DNA of 64,000 nucleotides from Patescibacteria group bacterium. Lineage in GTDB: Bacteria; Patescibacteriota; Patescibacteriia; UBA11705; DATKZF01. Positions 1 to 12,571 of the stretch are shown piece by piece. Numbering within the stretch: position 1 is the stretch's first letter; each line of letters begins with the position of its first letter. The notes below the pieces were generated by a model, which searched no databases, was not told where the DNA came from, and saw only the letters and a program-made list of their open reading frames with translations. Made by a program: the position numbers and the translations under genes. The stretch covers positions 299,641-363,640 of the forward strand of contig JBMORT010000006.1 of NCBI GenBank assembly GCA_049319825.1, in the 5' to 3' direction.

Positions 1-1
1 A

Positions 2-2011
2 AAACTGGGTCTTTACACTCTGCAGGACCTGCTTTTTAATTTTCCGTTTCGCTATGACGATTTTACTTCCGTGCGGAGTATCGCGGACTTGGCGCCGAAT
101 GAAATGGCAACAATTAAAGTAAAAATCGACTTGATCGCCAATCGAAGAAGTCCGCGCCAGCGGAAAAATATTACAGAGGCGGTCGTTTCAGATGATACCG
201 GCCAGCTTAATGTGGTTTGGTTTAATCAGCCTTTCCTGGCCAAAATTTTACCGGTGGGCAGTGAGGTTTATCTGGCCGGCAAAGTGCAGGATAATTATCA
301 TTTGCAAATGGTCAGCCCGTTTTATGAAAAAGTTTCTGGTTACAGCACTTTGACTTCTCGATTGCAGCCGGTTTATACGCTGACCGGCCGCTTGACTCAA
401 AAGCAGTTCAGGTACTGGGTCAAGCAGGCATTGCCTTTGGCTAAAGAATTGAAAGAATTTTTACCTGCTGAATTGATTAATCGGCCTTCGCCAGGGCTTC
501 GGCCGACAAGAAAAAATAATTTTTTGGGAATCAGCGAAGCGATTGAAAATATTCATTTTCCCAAGTCAAAAGAATTGCTTGAAAAATCCAGGAACCGGTT
601 GAAGTTTGACGAATTATTTTTAATCCAGCTGAAAATTCAGCAGTACCGCGAGCAATTGGCCAAGGCCGAGTCGCCGAAAGTTAAATTTTTAGAAAAAGCG
701 ACAAAAGATTTTGTGTCCAAGCTGCCGTTTACTTTAACTGACGATCAAAAAAAAGCGGCTTGGGAAATATTGCTTGATTTGGATAAAGAAAAGCCAATGA
801 ATCGCCTGCTCGAAGGCGATGTCGGATCCGGAAAAACAATTGTGGTCGGATTGGCAATATTAAACACGGCACTGAACGGATTTCAGAGCGCGCTCATGGC
901 GCCCACGGAAATTTTGGCCCAGCAGCATTTTGAAAGCCTTTCCAAGTTTCTGTCGCCTAAAGTTAAAGTGGCTTTGCTGACCCGGGCCGATAAGCGGATT
1001 TACGGCCAGGAAAAGGCGAGCAAAAAGGAAATTTTGGACGGCCTGCTCAGCGGCGAAATTGATTTGGTAATTGGCACGCATGCTTTAATTACCGAAGAAG
1101 TTAAAATTAAAGATTTGGCATTGGTGGTCGTTGACGAGCAGCATCGATTCGGAGTCGAGCAAAGGAAAAAACTGGTTGAAACCGGCGTTAATTTAGTGCC
1201 GCACTTTTTATCGCTGACCGCCACTCCGATTCCAAGATCTTTAGTTTTAACTTTGTACGGCGACTTGGATTTGTCGATTATCAAAGAAAAGCCAAAGGGC
1301 CGAAAGCCGATCATTACCAAAATGGTCACTGAAAATCAGCGGCCGCAGGCTTATAAGTTTATAAAAGAAAAAGTCTCTGAAGGCCAGCAGGTTTTTGTCA
1401 TTTGCCCGTTGATTGAGGAAAGCGATAAACTGGGAGTTAAAAGCGTGACTCAAGAATATGAAAAATTAACCAAGCATATTTTCCCGGATTTAAAAATCGC
1501 CATGCTGCACGGCAAGATGAAGTCAAGAGAAAAAGACGAAATCATGCAAGAATTCAAAAATAAAAAATTCGATATTTTAGTATCGACTTCAGTGATCGAA
1601 GTGGGCGTTGACGTGCCTAATGCGACGATCATGGCCATTGAAGGCGCCAATCGGTTCGGTCTGGCGCAGCTGCACCAGTTCCGCGGCCGCGTGGGCAGGG
1701 GAGAGGCGCAGTCATATTGCTTTTTATTCGGCGAGAATTTGAATGATATCGCGTTTAAGCGCCTGAAAGCTTTGGAAAAATATAATGACGGCTTTAAGCT
1801 GGCGGAAATGGACTTGGAACTGCGCGGCCCGGGCGAAGTGTACGGCACGCGGCAATCAGGTCTGCCTGATTTAAAGATCGCCAGTCTGACAGATATTGAA
1901 TTGATTAAAAAAGCGCAGGCAGAGGCGATGGAATATGTAAAGCGATTGAATGAATTTGAAAATTTAAAAAATAAGATGGAAGGGATGGAAGTGGCGCTGC
2001 ATTTTGAATAG
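2..2011 (+). CDS. recG: ATP-dependent DNA helicase RecG (5' end lies outside the window)
   Basis: Frame is open from base 2 (KLGLYTLQDLLFNFPFRYDD). Motifs: OB wedge, MNRLLEGDVGSGKT, DEQHRFG, TATPIPRS, QLHQFRGRVGRG, DLELRGPGE. Confidence 0.97.
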   Translation, partial: KLGLYTLQDLLFNFPFRYDDFTSVRSIADLAPNEMATIKVKIDLIANRRSPRQRKNITEAVVSDDTGQLNVVWFNQPFLAKILPVGSEVYLAGKVQDNYHLQMVSPFYEKVSGYSTLTSRLQPVYTLTGRLTQKQFRYWVKQALPLAKELKEFLPAELINRPSPGLRPTRKNNFLGISEAIENIHFPKSKELLEKSRNRLKFDELFLIQLKIQQYREQLAKAESPKVKFLEKATKDFVSKLPFTLTDDQKKAAWEILLDLDKEKPMNRLLEGDVGSGKTIVVGLAILNTALNGFQSALMAPTEILAQQHFESLSKFLSPKVKVALLTRADKRIYGQEKASKKEILDGLLSGEIDLVIGTHALITEEVKIKDLALVVVDEQHRFGVEQRKKLVETGVNLVPHFLSLTATPIPRSLVLTLYGDLDLSIIKEKPKGRKPIITKMVTENQRPQAYKFIKEKVSEGQQVFVICPLIEESDKLGVKSVTQEYEKLTKHIFPDLKIAMLHGKMKSREKDEIMQEFKNKKFDILVSTSVIEVGVDVPNATIMAIEGANRFGLAQLHQFRGRVGRGEAQSYCFLFGENLNDIAFKRLKALEKYNDGFKLAEMDLELRGPGEVYGTRQSGLPDLKIASLTDIELIKKAQAEAMEYVKRLNEFENLKNKMEGMEVALHFE

Positions 2012-2082
2012 CGCGGGCGGCACCGCCCTGTAGGAACACAAAATTTTGTGTTCCTACAACGGACAGACGTCCGTGCCCGCGC
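2011..2082. repeat. GTAG-type REP-like palindrome between convergent recG and mpg
   Basis: Perfect 30-bp palindrome TGTAGGAACACAAAA/TTTTGTGTTCCTACA (2029-2058) inside an outer GCGCGGGC..GCCCGCGC inverted repeat. Confidence 0.8.
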
Positions 2083-2084
2083 CG

Positions 2085-2690
2085 TCATTTTTTCGAAACA
2101 AACGGGTTCCCTTTGATATAAAACCGCCATTTCTTTTTCGCATATTCTCCGGCATAGTCTACTCCGATGCGAGTTGATTTAACAATTTGAGAAGGCTTAA
2201 TTTTTTCACCCCATTCCAGAGAGAGGGGTTTTTTGTTTAGAGGATGATCGTTTAGATTTTTATCGATGGCAAAGGCTTGGCAGAATTTGCCAGGACCGTT
2301 TGTTAGATTCGAAAGGCGAGATGCGACATGCGAAATGCGAGATGAAAGTTTTCGGTTTTTGATCATTTGGTCAATGCCGGCGATTGGTTCAACGGCACGA
2401 ATTAAAACCGCGGCCGGATAGTCTTTGGCTTCAGTGACGATATTAAAGCAATAATTGAGGCCGTAAACAAGATAAATGTAAGAATATCCCGGCGGGCCGA
2501 ACATGATTTTCGTGCGCTCGGTTTTGCCGCGCGAAGCATGGGAGGCCAGATCTTTAGGCCCGACATAACTTTCTGTTTCCACAATTTTGCCGATTAGTTT
2601 TTTCCCCTTGTATTCGCGAATAATAAATTGACCCAATAAAGACCGGGCAACTATCAAGGTATTTTGATTATAGAAGGTTAAAGGAATCAT
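2085..2690 (-). CDS. DNA-3-methyladenine glycosylase (MPG/AAG family)
   Basis: IVETESY, ASHA, YIYLVYGLNYCFNIV, AVLIRAVEP, GPGKFCQA, RIGV and WRFY motifs. Confidence 0.93.
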   Translation of the reverse strand: MIPLTFYNQNTLIVARSLLGQFIIREYKGKKLIGKIVETESYVGPKDLASHASRGKTERTKIMFGPPGYSYIYLVYGLNYCFNIVTEAKDYPAAVLIRAVEPIAGIDQMIKNRKLSSRISHVASRLSNLTNGPGKFCQAFAIDKNLNDHPLNKKPLSLEWGEKIKPSQIVKSTRIGVDYAGEYAKKKWRFYIKGNPFVSKK

Positions 2691-2697
2691 CGCCGTT

Positions 2698-2820
2698 TGA
2701 AATTCTAAATTCTAATCTCTAAATCCTAAACAATTTTCAAATTTTTAAAATCCAAATATATAAAATATTTTTAGAATTTTGAACATTTGAACATTAGAAT
2801 TTGTTTCGAGTTTAGGATTT
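2698..2820. repeat. Facing arrays of degenerate TCTAAAT-type heptamers (empty element)
   Basis: Left: aaattctaaattctaatctctaaatcctaaa. Right, inverted: tttagaattttgaacatttgaacattagaatttg..tttaggattt. Confidence 0.7.
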
Positions 2821-4141
2821 ATAATAATTGCACTCCTTCCGAAATCGTCTTTATGGCGCTGATTTTCATCTTGCCCTCGTATTTGGTGCCAAAAGGCACG
2901 ATAGCGGCCTCAAAACCCAATTTTTCGCCTTCTTTGAGGCGTTTTTCAGCCTGTTTTACAGCTCTGACCTCACCGGCCAGGCCCACTTCGCCGAAAACCA
3001 GAGTCTTGGGATTGAGTGTTTGGTTTGACAAAGCAGAGGCGCAGGACAGAGCGACCGCCAAGTCCAAAGCGGTTTCTTTTATTTTAAATCCGCCGGTAAC
3101 ATTGAGGTGAACATCCTGGTTGTTGAAGTTTAGGTTGGCGCGCCTGGTTAAGACTGCCAAAAGAAGCTGCAACCGATTTAAATCATAGCCGCTTGATTTT
3201 CTTTGCGGATATCCGAACACAGTTTGGTTCACCAGCGCCTGGACTTCGACTAAAAAGCATCGCGATCCTTCAATGGCTGCGCTGGTCACTGTGCCGGCAA
3301 CATCAATCGGAGCAGGGGAGAGAAATATTTTTGACGGATTTTCGACAATTTGCAAACCTTGTCCGGTCATTTCAAAAATCAATAATTCATTTGTTGAGCC
3401 AAACCTATTTTTTATTGACCTTAAAATTCTCAAATCGGAATTTCGCTCGCCTTCGAGATAAAACACGGCGTCAACCAAATGCTCGAGCGTTTTCGGGCCG
3501 GCAATGGCGCCGTCTTTGGTAATATGGCCGATTAAAATTAAGGCAATGTTTTTCTTTTTCGCCAATTCCAAAAGTTTTACCGCAATGGATTTGATCTGGG
3601 AAATATTTCCGGGCTCGCCTTCGATTTCCGATGAATAAATTGTCTGAATCGAATCAATGATGGCGATTTTCGGATTGGAAGTTTCCAAATGGTAAAGAAT
3701 ATCTTCAAGCGAATTGGTATTTAAAATTTTTAAGTTGCTGATGCTCAATCTTTGGGCACGCAATTTTATTTGTTGCGCAGACTCTTCGCCACTGACATAA
3801 AGCGAGTCTTGGTTGAACTTGCTTAAAAGCTGAAGCGTAATCGTGGACTTGCCAATGCCCGGCTCACCGCCAATTAAAAGAAGGCTGCCTTCCACCAGCC
3901 CCCCTCCGAGAAATTGATCAAAGTCCGGCAAGCCGGATTTCATCCGCTCCAGCTTAATATTGTCTATTTCAGCGAGTGAAACAATCTTAGATTCCATTTT
4001 GCCTACTGCCTTCTGCCCACCTGCCTGCCGGTCAGGCAGGCTGCCTACTGCCTTTTCGATTGTTCCCCAAGCCTGGCACTCGGGACAGCGTCCGGACCAT
4101 TTTGTAAATTGCGAATCGCATTTGGAGCAGGTGTAGAGCAT
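2819..4141 (-). CDS. radA: DNA repair protein RadA/Sms
   Basis: N-terminal CxxC..CPEC zinc finger, GGEPGIGKST, KNRFG, Lon-like C-terminus. Confidence 0.97.
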   Translation of the reverse strand: MLYTCSKCDSQFTKWSGRCPECQAWGTIEKAVGSLPDRQAGGQKAVGKMESKIVSLAEIDNIKLERMKSGLPDFDQFLGGGLVEGSLLLIGGEPGIGKSTITLQLLSKFNQDSLYVSGEESAQQIKLRAQRLSISNLKILNTNSLEDILYHLETSNPKIAIIDSIQTIYSSEIEGEPGNISQIKSIAVKLLELAKKKNIALILIGHITKDGAIAGPKTLEHLVDAVFYLEGERNSDLRILRSIKNRFGSTNELLIFEMTGQGLQIVENPSKIFLSPAPIDVAGTVTSAAIEGSRCFLVEVQALVNQTVFGYPQRKSSGYDLNRLQLLLAVLTRRANLNFNNQDVHLNVTGGFKIKETALDLAVALSCASALSNQTLNPKTLVFGEVGLAGEVRAVKQAEKRLKEGEKLGFEAAIVPFGTKYEGKMKISAIKTISEGVQLL

Positions 4142-4149
4142 ATATATAA

Positions 4150-5835
4150 TTAAGGCCCGAAAATTTTATCTGCTAATTCTTTGACTCTGTTAGCATAGGT
4201 CGGGTAAAATTTGCACCAGGCGGTGTCGGGATAGTCAGCGGCATTAAATCCGAGCTTTGACCAATCAAAATTTCTCGGATCGCTGTGGACCCCTCCTTGA
4301 CAGTGGGCGACGACCCTGACTCCGGGAATTCTAGCCCTGATATTGGCGATTAAAATGTTTAATGAGGCGTATTGAGCATCGGTTTTTGAGGGGGTGCATC
4401 TGTTTATGGCGTATGCTTTGTCGTTAGCGTGCTTGGCGCAAGGATAATTACCTGCCTGGCATTCTTTCAGACAATCGGATATCTTGCTGTAAATAAAAGA
4501 TGAAGGTAGATCATTTTCTAGGTCTACGCCGATGCCAGCTGAATTATATTGTTGAGCGTGAATGGCGACTTTTTCTTCACCCATTGTTTGGTATATAGCA
4601 CCGCTTCTGTTTATTGTGTAATGAGAAGCAGGACAGTCTTTGTATCCTTTTTCCTCGCAACGTTTTGTCCAATTGCTCACATTGCGAGCGGCACCGGCGC
4701 CATCATGCAAAACAATGTATTTAATTTGGCTGATGTTTCTTTGTCTGACAGCGTTGCAGTCCAGCTGTCCTAAGTAGGAGGTATTACCGGCCCCCGACGG
4801 TTTGCTTGCTTTTGTCGGGTCAGTGCATTTTGCCGGCTGAGTGGCTATCTGAGAGGAGGGATCTACTTGCATGCCTGGAGGGATAATTGCGGCTTCTTCT
4901 GCTTCTTTGAATGATTCTTGCCAAGCTAGTTCTTCCTTATCGATCTCTTCAATTTGAATCGCCCCTAGTCTCGTTAGCTCCGGACTGATTAAATTTAATA
5001 TCATATAAGCGCTGGCCAAGATCACCACTCCGGAAATCGCGCCGATGATGAAATTTTTCGCCTGGCCGATTCGTTGAGGATTCCCCGCGGATGTCAGGTA
5101 TAAAAAGCCGGCAATAATTACCATAGCAATGGCTAAAATGGACGCTAAGCCGATTGAGTATTTGTAGATAGCGACTATGTATTGAGCGATCCAGGGAACG
5201 TCTATTTTTCCGGTGCCGGTCGTGGTCACCTGAATGTCAGTTAAGTCTAGTCCCGGAATCAACACGCTCGGCTCATACGGTTTTTGCGTAATAGTCTGCG
5301 TGGCTGGCGCTGTCGGTACCGGCGGTGCCACGGTCAATCCCGTTTCGGTTACGGATCCTGCCAACGCGCCGGTTCCTTTCGCCGTTTGGCAGTAATTCAA
5401 ACATTCATCAGGCGCGTTTTGCCCCGTTATTTGTATTGGCAGAAGCACAGAGTTACGGCAAAAGCAGAACATGCAGGTATTTTGCTCTTTACAGCCGATC
5501 ACTGAGTTTTGGCAAGGGGTATAACATTCATTGTTTTCGCTATATTTGAATAAATTGGAGCAGTTGCAAATTTTATAAATGTCAGTGCCGCTCGACTGCG
5601 GAGTTTCCGGCGGAGAGCAGCTTTCATCGCATTGAATCAAATTATCCGACGGATATGTCCGGCCGTCTGCGCATTGGCAGACTTTTGATCCCACTGTTTG
5701 ATTCTGACAGGCAAGCGCGCAGTCGCCCGAAGGGGTCGCCGTGCATTCGCAAAGTAAATTGACGGCTCGCGCGGATGAAGCGTTTAATATCAAAAATAAA
5801 GCGGCGATAAAAAGCAATGAAAGAACTTTTCTCAT
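4150..5835 (-). CDS. Secreted/membrane protein: Cys-rich N-terminus, CPR-type pilin-like hairpin and C-terminal N-acetylmuramoyl-L-alanine amidase (Amidase_2-like)
   Basis: Signal peptide. AMVIIAGFLYLTSAGNPQRIGQAKNFIIGAISG pilin-like segment. YIVLHD..SHYTINRSGAIYQ..HA..NSAGIGVDL..VAH..SDP amidase motifs. Confidence 0.75.
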   Translation of the reverse strand: MRKVLSLLFIAALFLILNASSARAVNLLCECTATPSGDCALACQNQTVGSKVCQCADGRTYPSDNLIQCDESCSPPETPQSSGTDIYKICNCSNLFKYSENNECYTPCQNSVIGCKEQNTCMFCFCRNSVLLPIQITGQNAPDECLNYCQTAKGTGALAGSVTETGLTVAPPVPTAPATQTITQKPYEPSVLIPGLDLTDIQVTTTGTGKIDVPWIAQYIVAIYKYSIGLASILAIAMVIIAGFLYLTSAGNPQRIGQAKNFIIGAISGVVILASAYMILNLISPELTRLGAIQIEEIDKEELAWQESFKEAEEAAIIPPGMQVDPSSQIATQPAKCTDPTKASKPSGAGNTSYLGQLDCNAVRQRNISQIKYIVLHDGAGAARNVSNWTKRCEEKGYKDCPASHYTINRSGAIYQTMGEEKVAIHAQQYNSAGIGVDLENDLPSSFIYSKISDCLKECQAGNYPCAKHANDKAYAINRCTPSKTDAQYASLNILIANIRARIPGVRVVAHCQGGVHSDPRNFDWSKLGFNAADYPDTAWCKFYPTYANRVKELADKIFGP

Positions 5836-5842
5836 ATTTGTT

Positions 5843-7102
5843 TTATTTGAGCTGAATATAATTCAAACTGCCGGTGTTTTTATCTTTGAAGTAAAGATAC
5901 TTGCCGTCTTGCGAAACGTTCATCGAATCAATGGTATAAGCCAGCTCCGGCTCGGCGAGGATGGTTTTCGCGCCTGAATTCAGGTCGATTTTATAAATAT
6001 AATCGGGAATATCGTTTGCGATCGATGGCTGAAAACCGGCGTTTTCCGACAAATATTTGGGAACAGCGCAATACATTGTGCCGGCGCCCTGAAAGGTGCA
6101 TTTATCTATCCAGGTATTCAGATTCAATGAATTGTTGTTGTAGCCGATTCGATCACCATACGCGTCAACGATGTGCAGCACCGGTTTATTGTCGCTTTCC
6201 GCATCGTAGGAGTTATAAATCATTCTTTTACCGTCCGGCACCCACATGGCTTGCACGCCAAATCCTTTGGCTTCAATGGTTTGAAAATTTTCATTATTTT
6301 GTCCGATTAAGTAAATGGAAGTTGTCGTCGAATCTTTGGCTTTATAGTAGGTGGCGACGACATGGCCGCTAGCGGACCAATTGGGTTCCACGCGAGCGCT
6401 CTTATCGAGCAGGGGCTCGATATATTTTTGAGCTGACCCGTCCGGATTGGCTATCGCCAGCCAGTTGTAATCCAAATTTAAGTTTATGTCTTTAAACGCG
6501 ATTTTGGTGCCATCACCATTGAATGTGAAATCCTGCCAAGACTTGGGTAGCGTCGATTGTTTTTTCGTTTTAAAATCATAAAGAATGTTCGTGCCGTCCG
6601 GAAATTCTAAAATCGCTTGATTGCCTTTGGGATCCCAAGAAACATTTTCAACGTTTGGATAACTAATGTTGGATATCTTGGTCAGCGTGCCGAATGGATT
6701 TATTTCATAAAAGAATCCGTCCTGCCGATTGTAGATGAAGGGATTGGTCTGACCTTGAGCGACTGAGGCCGACAATACGTTGTTGGCATGATTAATGGTG
6801 ACTTTGGTGACCCCGCCTCGGGCAATGGTTGATGGCGTGACCGGCGCTTCGATTTTGGTCACTGCGGCGGTGGGAGTGACGGGTAATGCTCCTTCTTCAC
6901 CCGGTTGAATCACTTGGCCGGCCGGAGTTTCGCCGGGAACCGCGGGCAGGCCGCCGGGAATCGTCGGTTCCGACGGTATTGGCGCTTCTTCGGCCGGCGC
7001 TTTGAAAAATAAATAGTAAATGCCAAATCCGGCGCCGGTGGCAATGGCCGCGATAGCCACGCCAATGGCGATTTTTTTAAGAGGCAAGGTTGATAAATCC
7101 AT
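5843..7102 (-). CDS. Membrane-anchored protein with Pro-rich linker and probable TolB-like beta-propeller
   Basis: N-terminal TM helix; repeated W/F-x-P-x-G units (WDPKG, FNGDG, WVPDG, VSQDG). Confidence 0.65.
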   Translation of the reverse strand: MDLSTLPLKKIAIGVAIAAIATGAGFGIYYLFFKAPAEEAPIPSEPTIPGGLPAVPGETPAGQVIQPGEEGALPVTPTAAVTKIEAPVTPSTIARGGVTKVTINHANNVLSASVAQGQTNPFIYNRQDGFFYEINPFGTLTKISNISYPNVENVSWDPKGNQAILEFPDGTNILYDFKTKKQSTLPKSWQDFTFNGDGTKIAFKDINLNLDYNWLAIANPDGSAQKYIEPLLDKSARVEPNWSASGHVVATYYKAKDSTTTSIYLIGQNNENFQTIEAKGFGVQAMWVPDGKRMIYNSYDAESDNKPVLHIVDAYGDRIGYNNNSLNLNTWIDKCTFQGAGTMYCAVPKYLSENAGFQPSIANDIPDYIYKIDLNSGAKTILAEPELAYTIDSMNVSQDGKYLYFKDKNTGSLNYIQLK

Positions 7103-7173
7103 AGTATTTTATATTAAAGGTGAAATTTTTTATTGTTTTATCCGGAGAGTCTGCATATTTTTAGAAACCGACG

Positions 7174-7874
7174 CTAGAGTAATCCCACAAAGTTTAATAT
7201 AATCAGGACGATCAGCAGCATGAAAACAAACCACCAACAACAAGGGTTGCAGCAGGTTGCGGGAGCCAGTGCGCTGATTATCTGCGCCAGCCGTTTAGCC
7301 AGTTTTTTCAATTGATCGGCAACATCTCCGGCTTCGCCTTCGCCCGCTGGCGCGCTGCCGCGAAATCCGATTCTGGAAATTAAGCCACGACCGTCCGATT
7401 CGGGCGCGCCGCCGCCGGCCACCGACTTTTTGGGTTTCTCGCCCGCACCGATATCAGTCCGTGCAGTTTTTTTGGCCGCGGCTTTTTCGCGGCGCAATTC
7501 ATCGGCTTTTCGCGCTTCTTCCATTTTTTCCGGCTCGTATGACGGCGCTATTCCCGGGGCGGCTTCGCTCGGCGCCGGCCGCTCCGGAGACGAGGGAGTC
7601 GGCCGCTCGGCGGCGCTCATCGGCGCGCTGCCCGGCGGCCCGGCTTGCTCGGGACGCTGGGCTTCGGTGCCGGGTTTTTGAATGCCCGGTTCCCGTTCAG
7701 TCTCACCGGGTGCTGTTTGTTCTTGTCCTGCTTCCGGCGGCGGCTCAGATTCAGTGGCGTTGGCTGCTTGTTCCTGGCGCCCTCTCCGAAGATTTGGCAT
7801 TGGCGCGTCCGGCCTGGTCTGAAGCCCTTTTGCGCTGAATGAGCCTGATTTTTTATTTGATTTTTTTTCTGCCA

Positions 7875-7875
<1 letters not shown>
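7174..7875 (-). CDS. Hypothetical low-complexity protein with C-terminal TM anchor
   Basis: 233-aa ORF overlapping the clpC stop; P/E/A-rich, CCNPCCWW then a hydrophobic tail. Confidence 0.6.
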
Positions 7876-10307
<2,432 letters not shown>

Positions 10308-10309
10308 AA

Positions 10310-10532
10310 TGGTTACAAATTACAAATCGGAATACAGAGGTTACAAATGGTTACGAATTTACGAATCGTAAGTATAAGTCAAAAGTTGAAAAAGGGAAAA
10401 GGCAAAAGGTGAATTTCTGATTTATAATTTCTATTAAATTTTTAATGATTAAATGTCTAATGAAACAATTGAATCATTAAAAGTTAGACATCAATCGTTC
10501 AATAAAAATTGAAATTAGAAATTAAAAATTAA
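10310..10532. repeat. Stack of short-repeat arrays (TTACAAA, AAAAGT/G, facing TTTCTAA arrays)
   Basis: Contains a 27-bp core AATGTCTAATGAAACAATTGAATCATT (10452-10478) identical to 18872-18898. Confidence 0.7.
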
Positions 10533-10547
10533 ATACTTTTTTGTACG

Positions 10548-11444
10548 TCAATAATTTCTTTCCATGCCGCGCAGACGATTGATTCGATCTTCGATCGGAG
10601 GATGGGTGGAAAAAAGTTTCGACATGAATCGTCGGCTGTGAAAATACGGATTGACGAAAAATAAATGGGCGGTGGCATTGCTGGCTTTGATCATCGGCCG
10701 ATCGTAGGCGGAAATTTTTTCCAAAGCGCGAGCCAAGCCTTCAGGATAGCGGGTAAGCAATGCTCCGGAAGCGTCGGCCAGATACTCGCGTCTTCTGGAC
10801 ACGGCCAATTTTATCACTTCCGCGATTATCGGAGAGACCAAGGCCATTATCAATCCGACGATGGCCAATGCCGCGCCGGTTTGATCGTTTCGATCGCGAT
10901 TTCTTCCGCCAAACGAACCGAATCGCAAGAACCAATTGGCCATCAGCGCCACCGTACCCGCCAAAACCAAAACTATCATCATTAAGCGCACATCGTAATT
11001 TTTTATATGTGACAACTCATGAGCGATCACGCCTTCTAGTTCTTCATTCTCCAGCATGTTAATGATTCCGGCGCTCACGGCGATGGCGGCGGTTTCTGGA
11101 TCGCGCCCGGTGGCGAATGCGTTCGGCGCGGGATCATTGATAATGTAAATTTTCGGCATGGGGACGCCTGCGGTGATCGACAAGTTTTCGACCAGCCGCC
11201 ATACATAAGGATTATCCTCCTTGGCGATAGGTCCTTTGGCTCCGGCGGACCATAAAGCCAGCTTATCACCGCGAAAGTATGAGAAAAGCGTCATGGCGAT
11301 TGAAATAATCAACGCGAGAAAAATGAATTCATATAAAAATCCGGTCAAATATCCGAAAATCAACCCGAGCGCTATCATGATCAGAATGAATATGATTATA
11401 AGAACCGCGCTGCGTCTTTTATTGGAATCGATTTGGTTGTACAT
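10548..11444 (-). CDS. htpX: Zinc metalloprotease HtpX (M48)
   Basis: PNAFATG, HELSH, SRRREYLAD, FSTHPP. Confidence 0.95.
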   Translation of the reverse strand: MYNQIDSNKRRSAVLIIIFILIMIALGLIFGYLTGFLYEFIFLALIISIAMTLFSYFRGDKLALWSAGAKGPIAKEDNPYVWRLVENLSITAGVPMPKIYIINDPAPNAFATGRDPETAAIAVSAGIINMLENEELEGVIAHELSHIKNYDVRLMMIVLVLAGTVALMANWFLRFGSFGGRNRDRNDQTGAALAIVGLIMALVSPIIAEVIKLAVSRRREYLADASGALLTRYPEGLARALEKISAYDRPMIKASNATAHLFFVNPYFHSRRFMSKLFSTHPPIEDRINRLRGMERNY

Positions 11445-11502
11445 AGGTTAATTGGTCATGGAGCATGGAGCATGAATCATGGATCAATATAATATTTATC
11501 TA

Positions 11503-11866
11503 TTATTTACCATCCATTCCTTCGAGGGTAGACCATAACATGGCGCCAATTTCATCAGCTAATTTTAGAGCTTTACGAAATAATTCCGTATCTTTTATAA
11601 ACCCTTCCTTTTCTGAAAACTCTAATAGATATTCTGATTCCTTTAATGATCCATAAGAGGTTTCAAGAAAATTTTTATATACTTTATTTCTCCTACGCGC
11701 ATAGCCTTCAATATAATTTAATATTACAGATAAAGCAGCTCTTTATTATTTGAGCAATAACCCCATATAATTCCTCTCTTGGGAAATTTCGAGTTACCCG
11801 GTAAATTAAATGAACATATTCGTCCAATTTTTCTCTTAGTTGTTTGTGAAAATTATTTTCCTCCAT
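11503..11866 (-). pseudogene. Four-helix-bundle protein (23S rRNA IVP-like), frameshifted
   Basis: MEENNFHKQLREKLDEYVHLIYRVTRNFPREELYGVIAQI, a +1 shift near 11745, then RAALSVILNYIEGYARRRNKVYKNFLETSYGSLKESEYLL..EIGAMLWSTL*. Total 364 nt (3n+1). Confidence 0.85.
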
Positions 11867-11959
11867 ATTGATTAAGCGATGATATGTGCTCCATGAAAAA
11901 AGATCAAACAGGCAAAAGAATTTAACTTTTGCCTGTGAATTATAATGTGAATTTCAATT

Positions 11960-12571
11960 TTACTGCTGATCTGTTTCTTTCGTCGGTTCGGTCGCTGCGG
12001 CCGGAGTCTGCGGTTCTTCCTTAAAGCTGACTTTGACGTTTTTTCTTTCCTCTTCGGCGGCTTCAAAATATTCGAATTTTTTGAACCCCAGCATGCCCGC
12101 GATCATGTTGTTCGGGAAAACTTCGATCTTGGTGTTGAAATCGCGAACATTGCCGTTATAAAATCGGCGCGACGCTTGTATTTTATTTTCGGTGTCTGAC
12201 AATTCATCTTGCAGTTGCAGGAAGTTTTGGTTGGCTTTGAGTTCCGGATAGCTTTCGGCCACCGCGAATAAAGTTTTTAATGTCGCCGACAGCATGTTCT
12301 CCGCTTTGGCTTTTTCTTCCGGAGTGGTGGCTTTCATGGCCATGTTGCGCGCTTCGGTTACTCTCAAGAATGTCTCTTTTTCGTGAGTCGCGTAGCCTTT
12401 GACGGTTTCCACTAAATTCGGAATCAAATCATAGCGTCTTTTTAATTGTACGTCGATGTCCGACCAGGCCTCTTGGGTCCGGTTTCGAAGTTTGATCAAA
12501 CCGTTGTAAACGCCAATCAGCCAAAGCGCCAGCACTGCGACCACCACTAAAATTATATACAATGCGCTCAT
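11960..12571 (-). CDS. lemA: LemA family protein
   Basis: WSDIDVQLKRRYDLIPNLV, ESYPELKAN, RRFYN; adjacent to htpX. Confidence 0.96.
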   Translation of the reverse strand: MSALYIILVVVAVLALWLIGVYNGLIKLRNRTQEAWSDIDVQLKRRYDLIPNLVETVKGYATHEKETFLRVTEARNMAMKATTPEEKAKAENMLSATLKTLFAVAESYPELKANQNFLQLQDELSDTENKIQASRRFYNGNVRDFNTKIEVFPNNMIAGMLGFKKFEYFEAAEEERKNVKVSFKEEPQTPAAATEPTKETDQQ

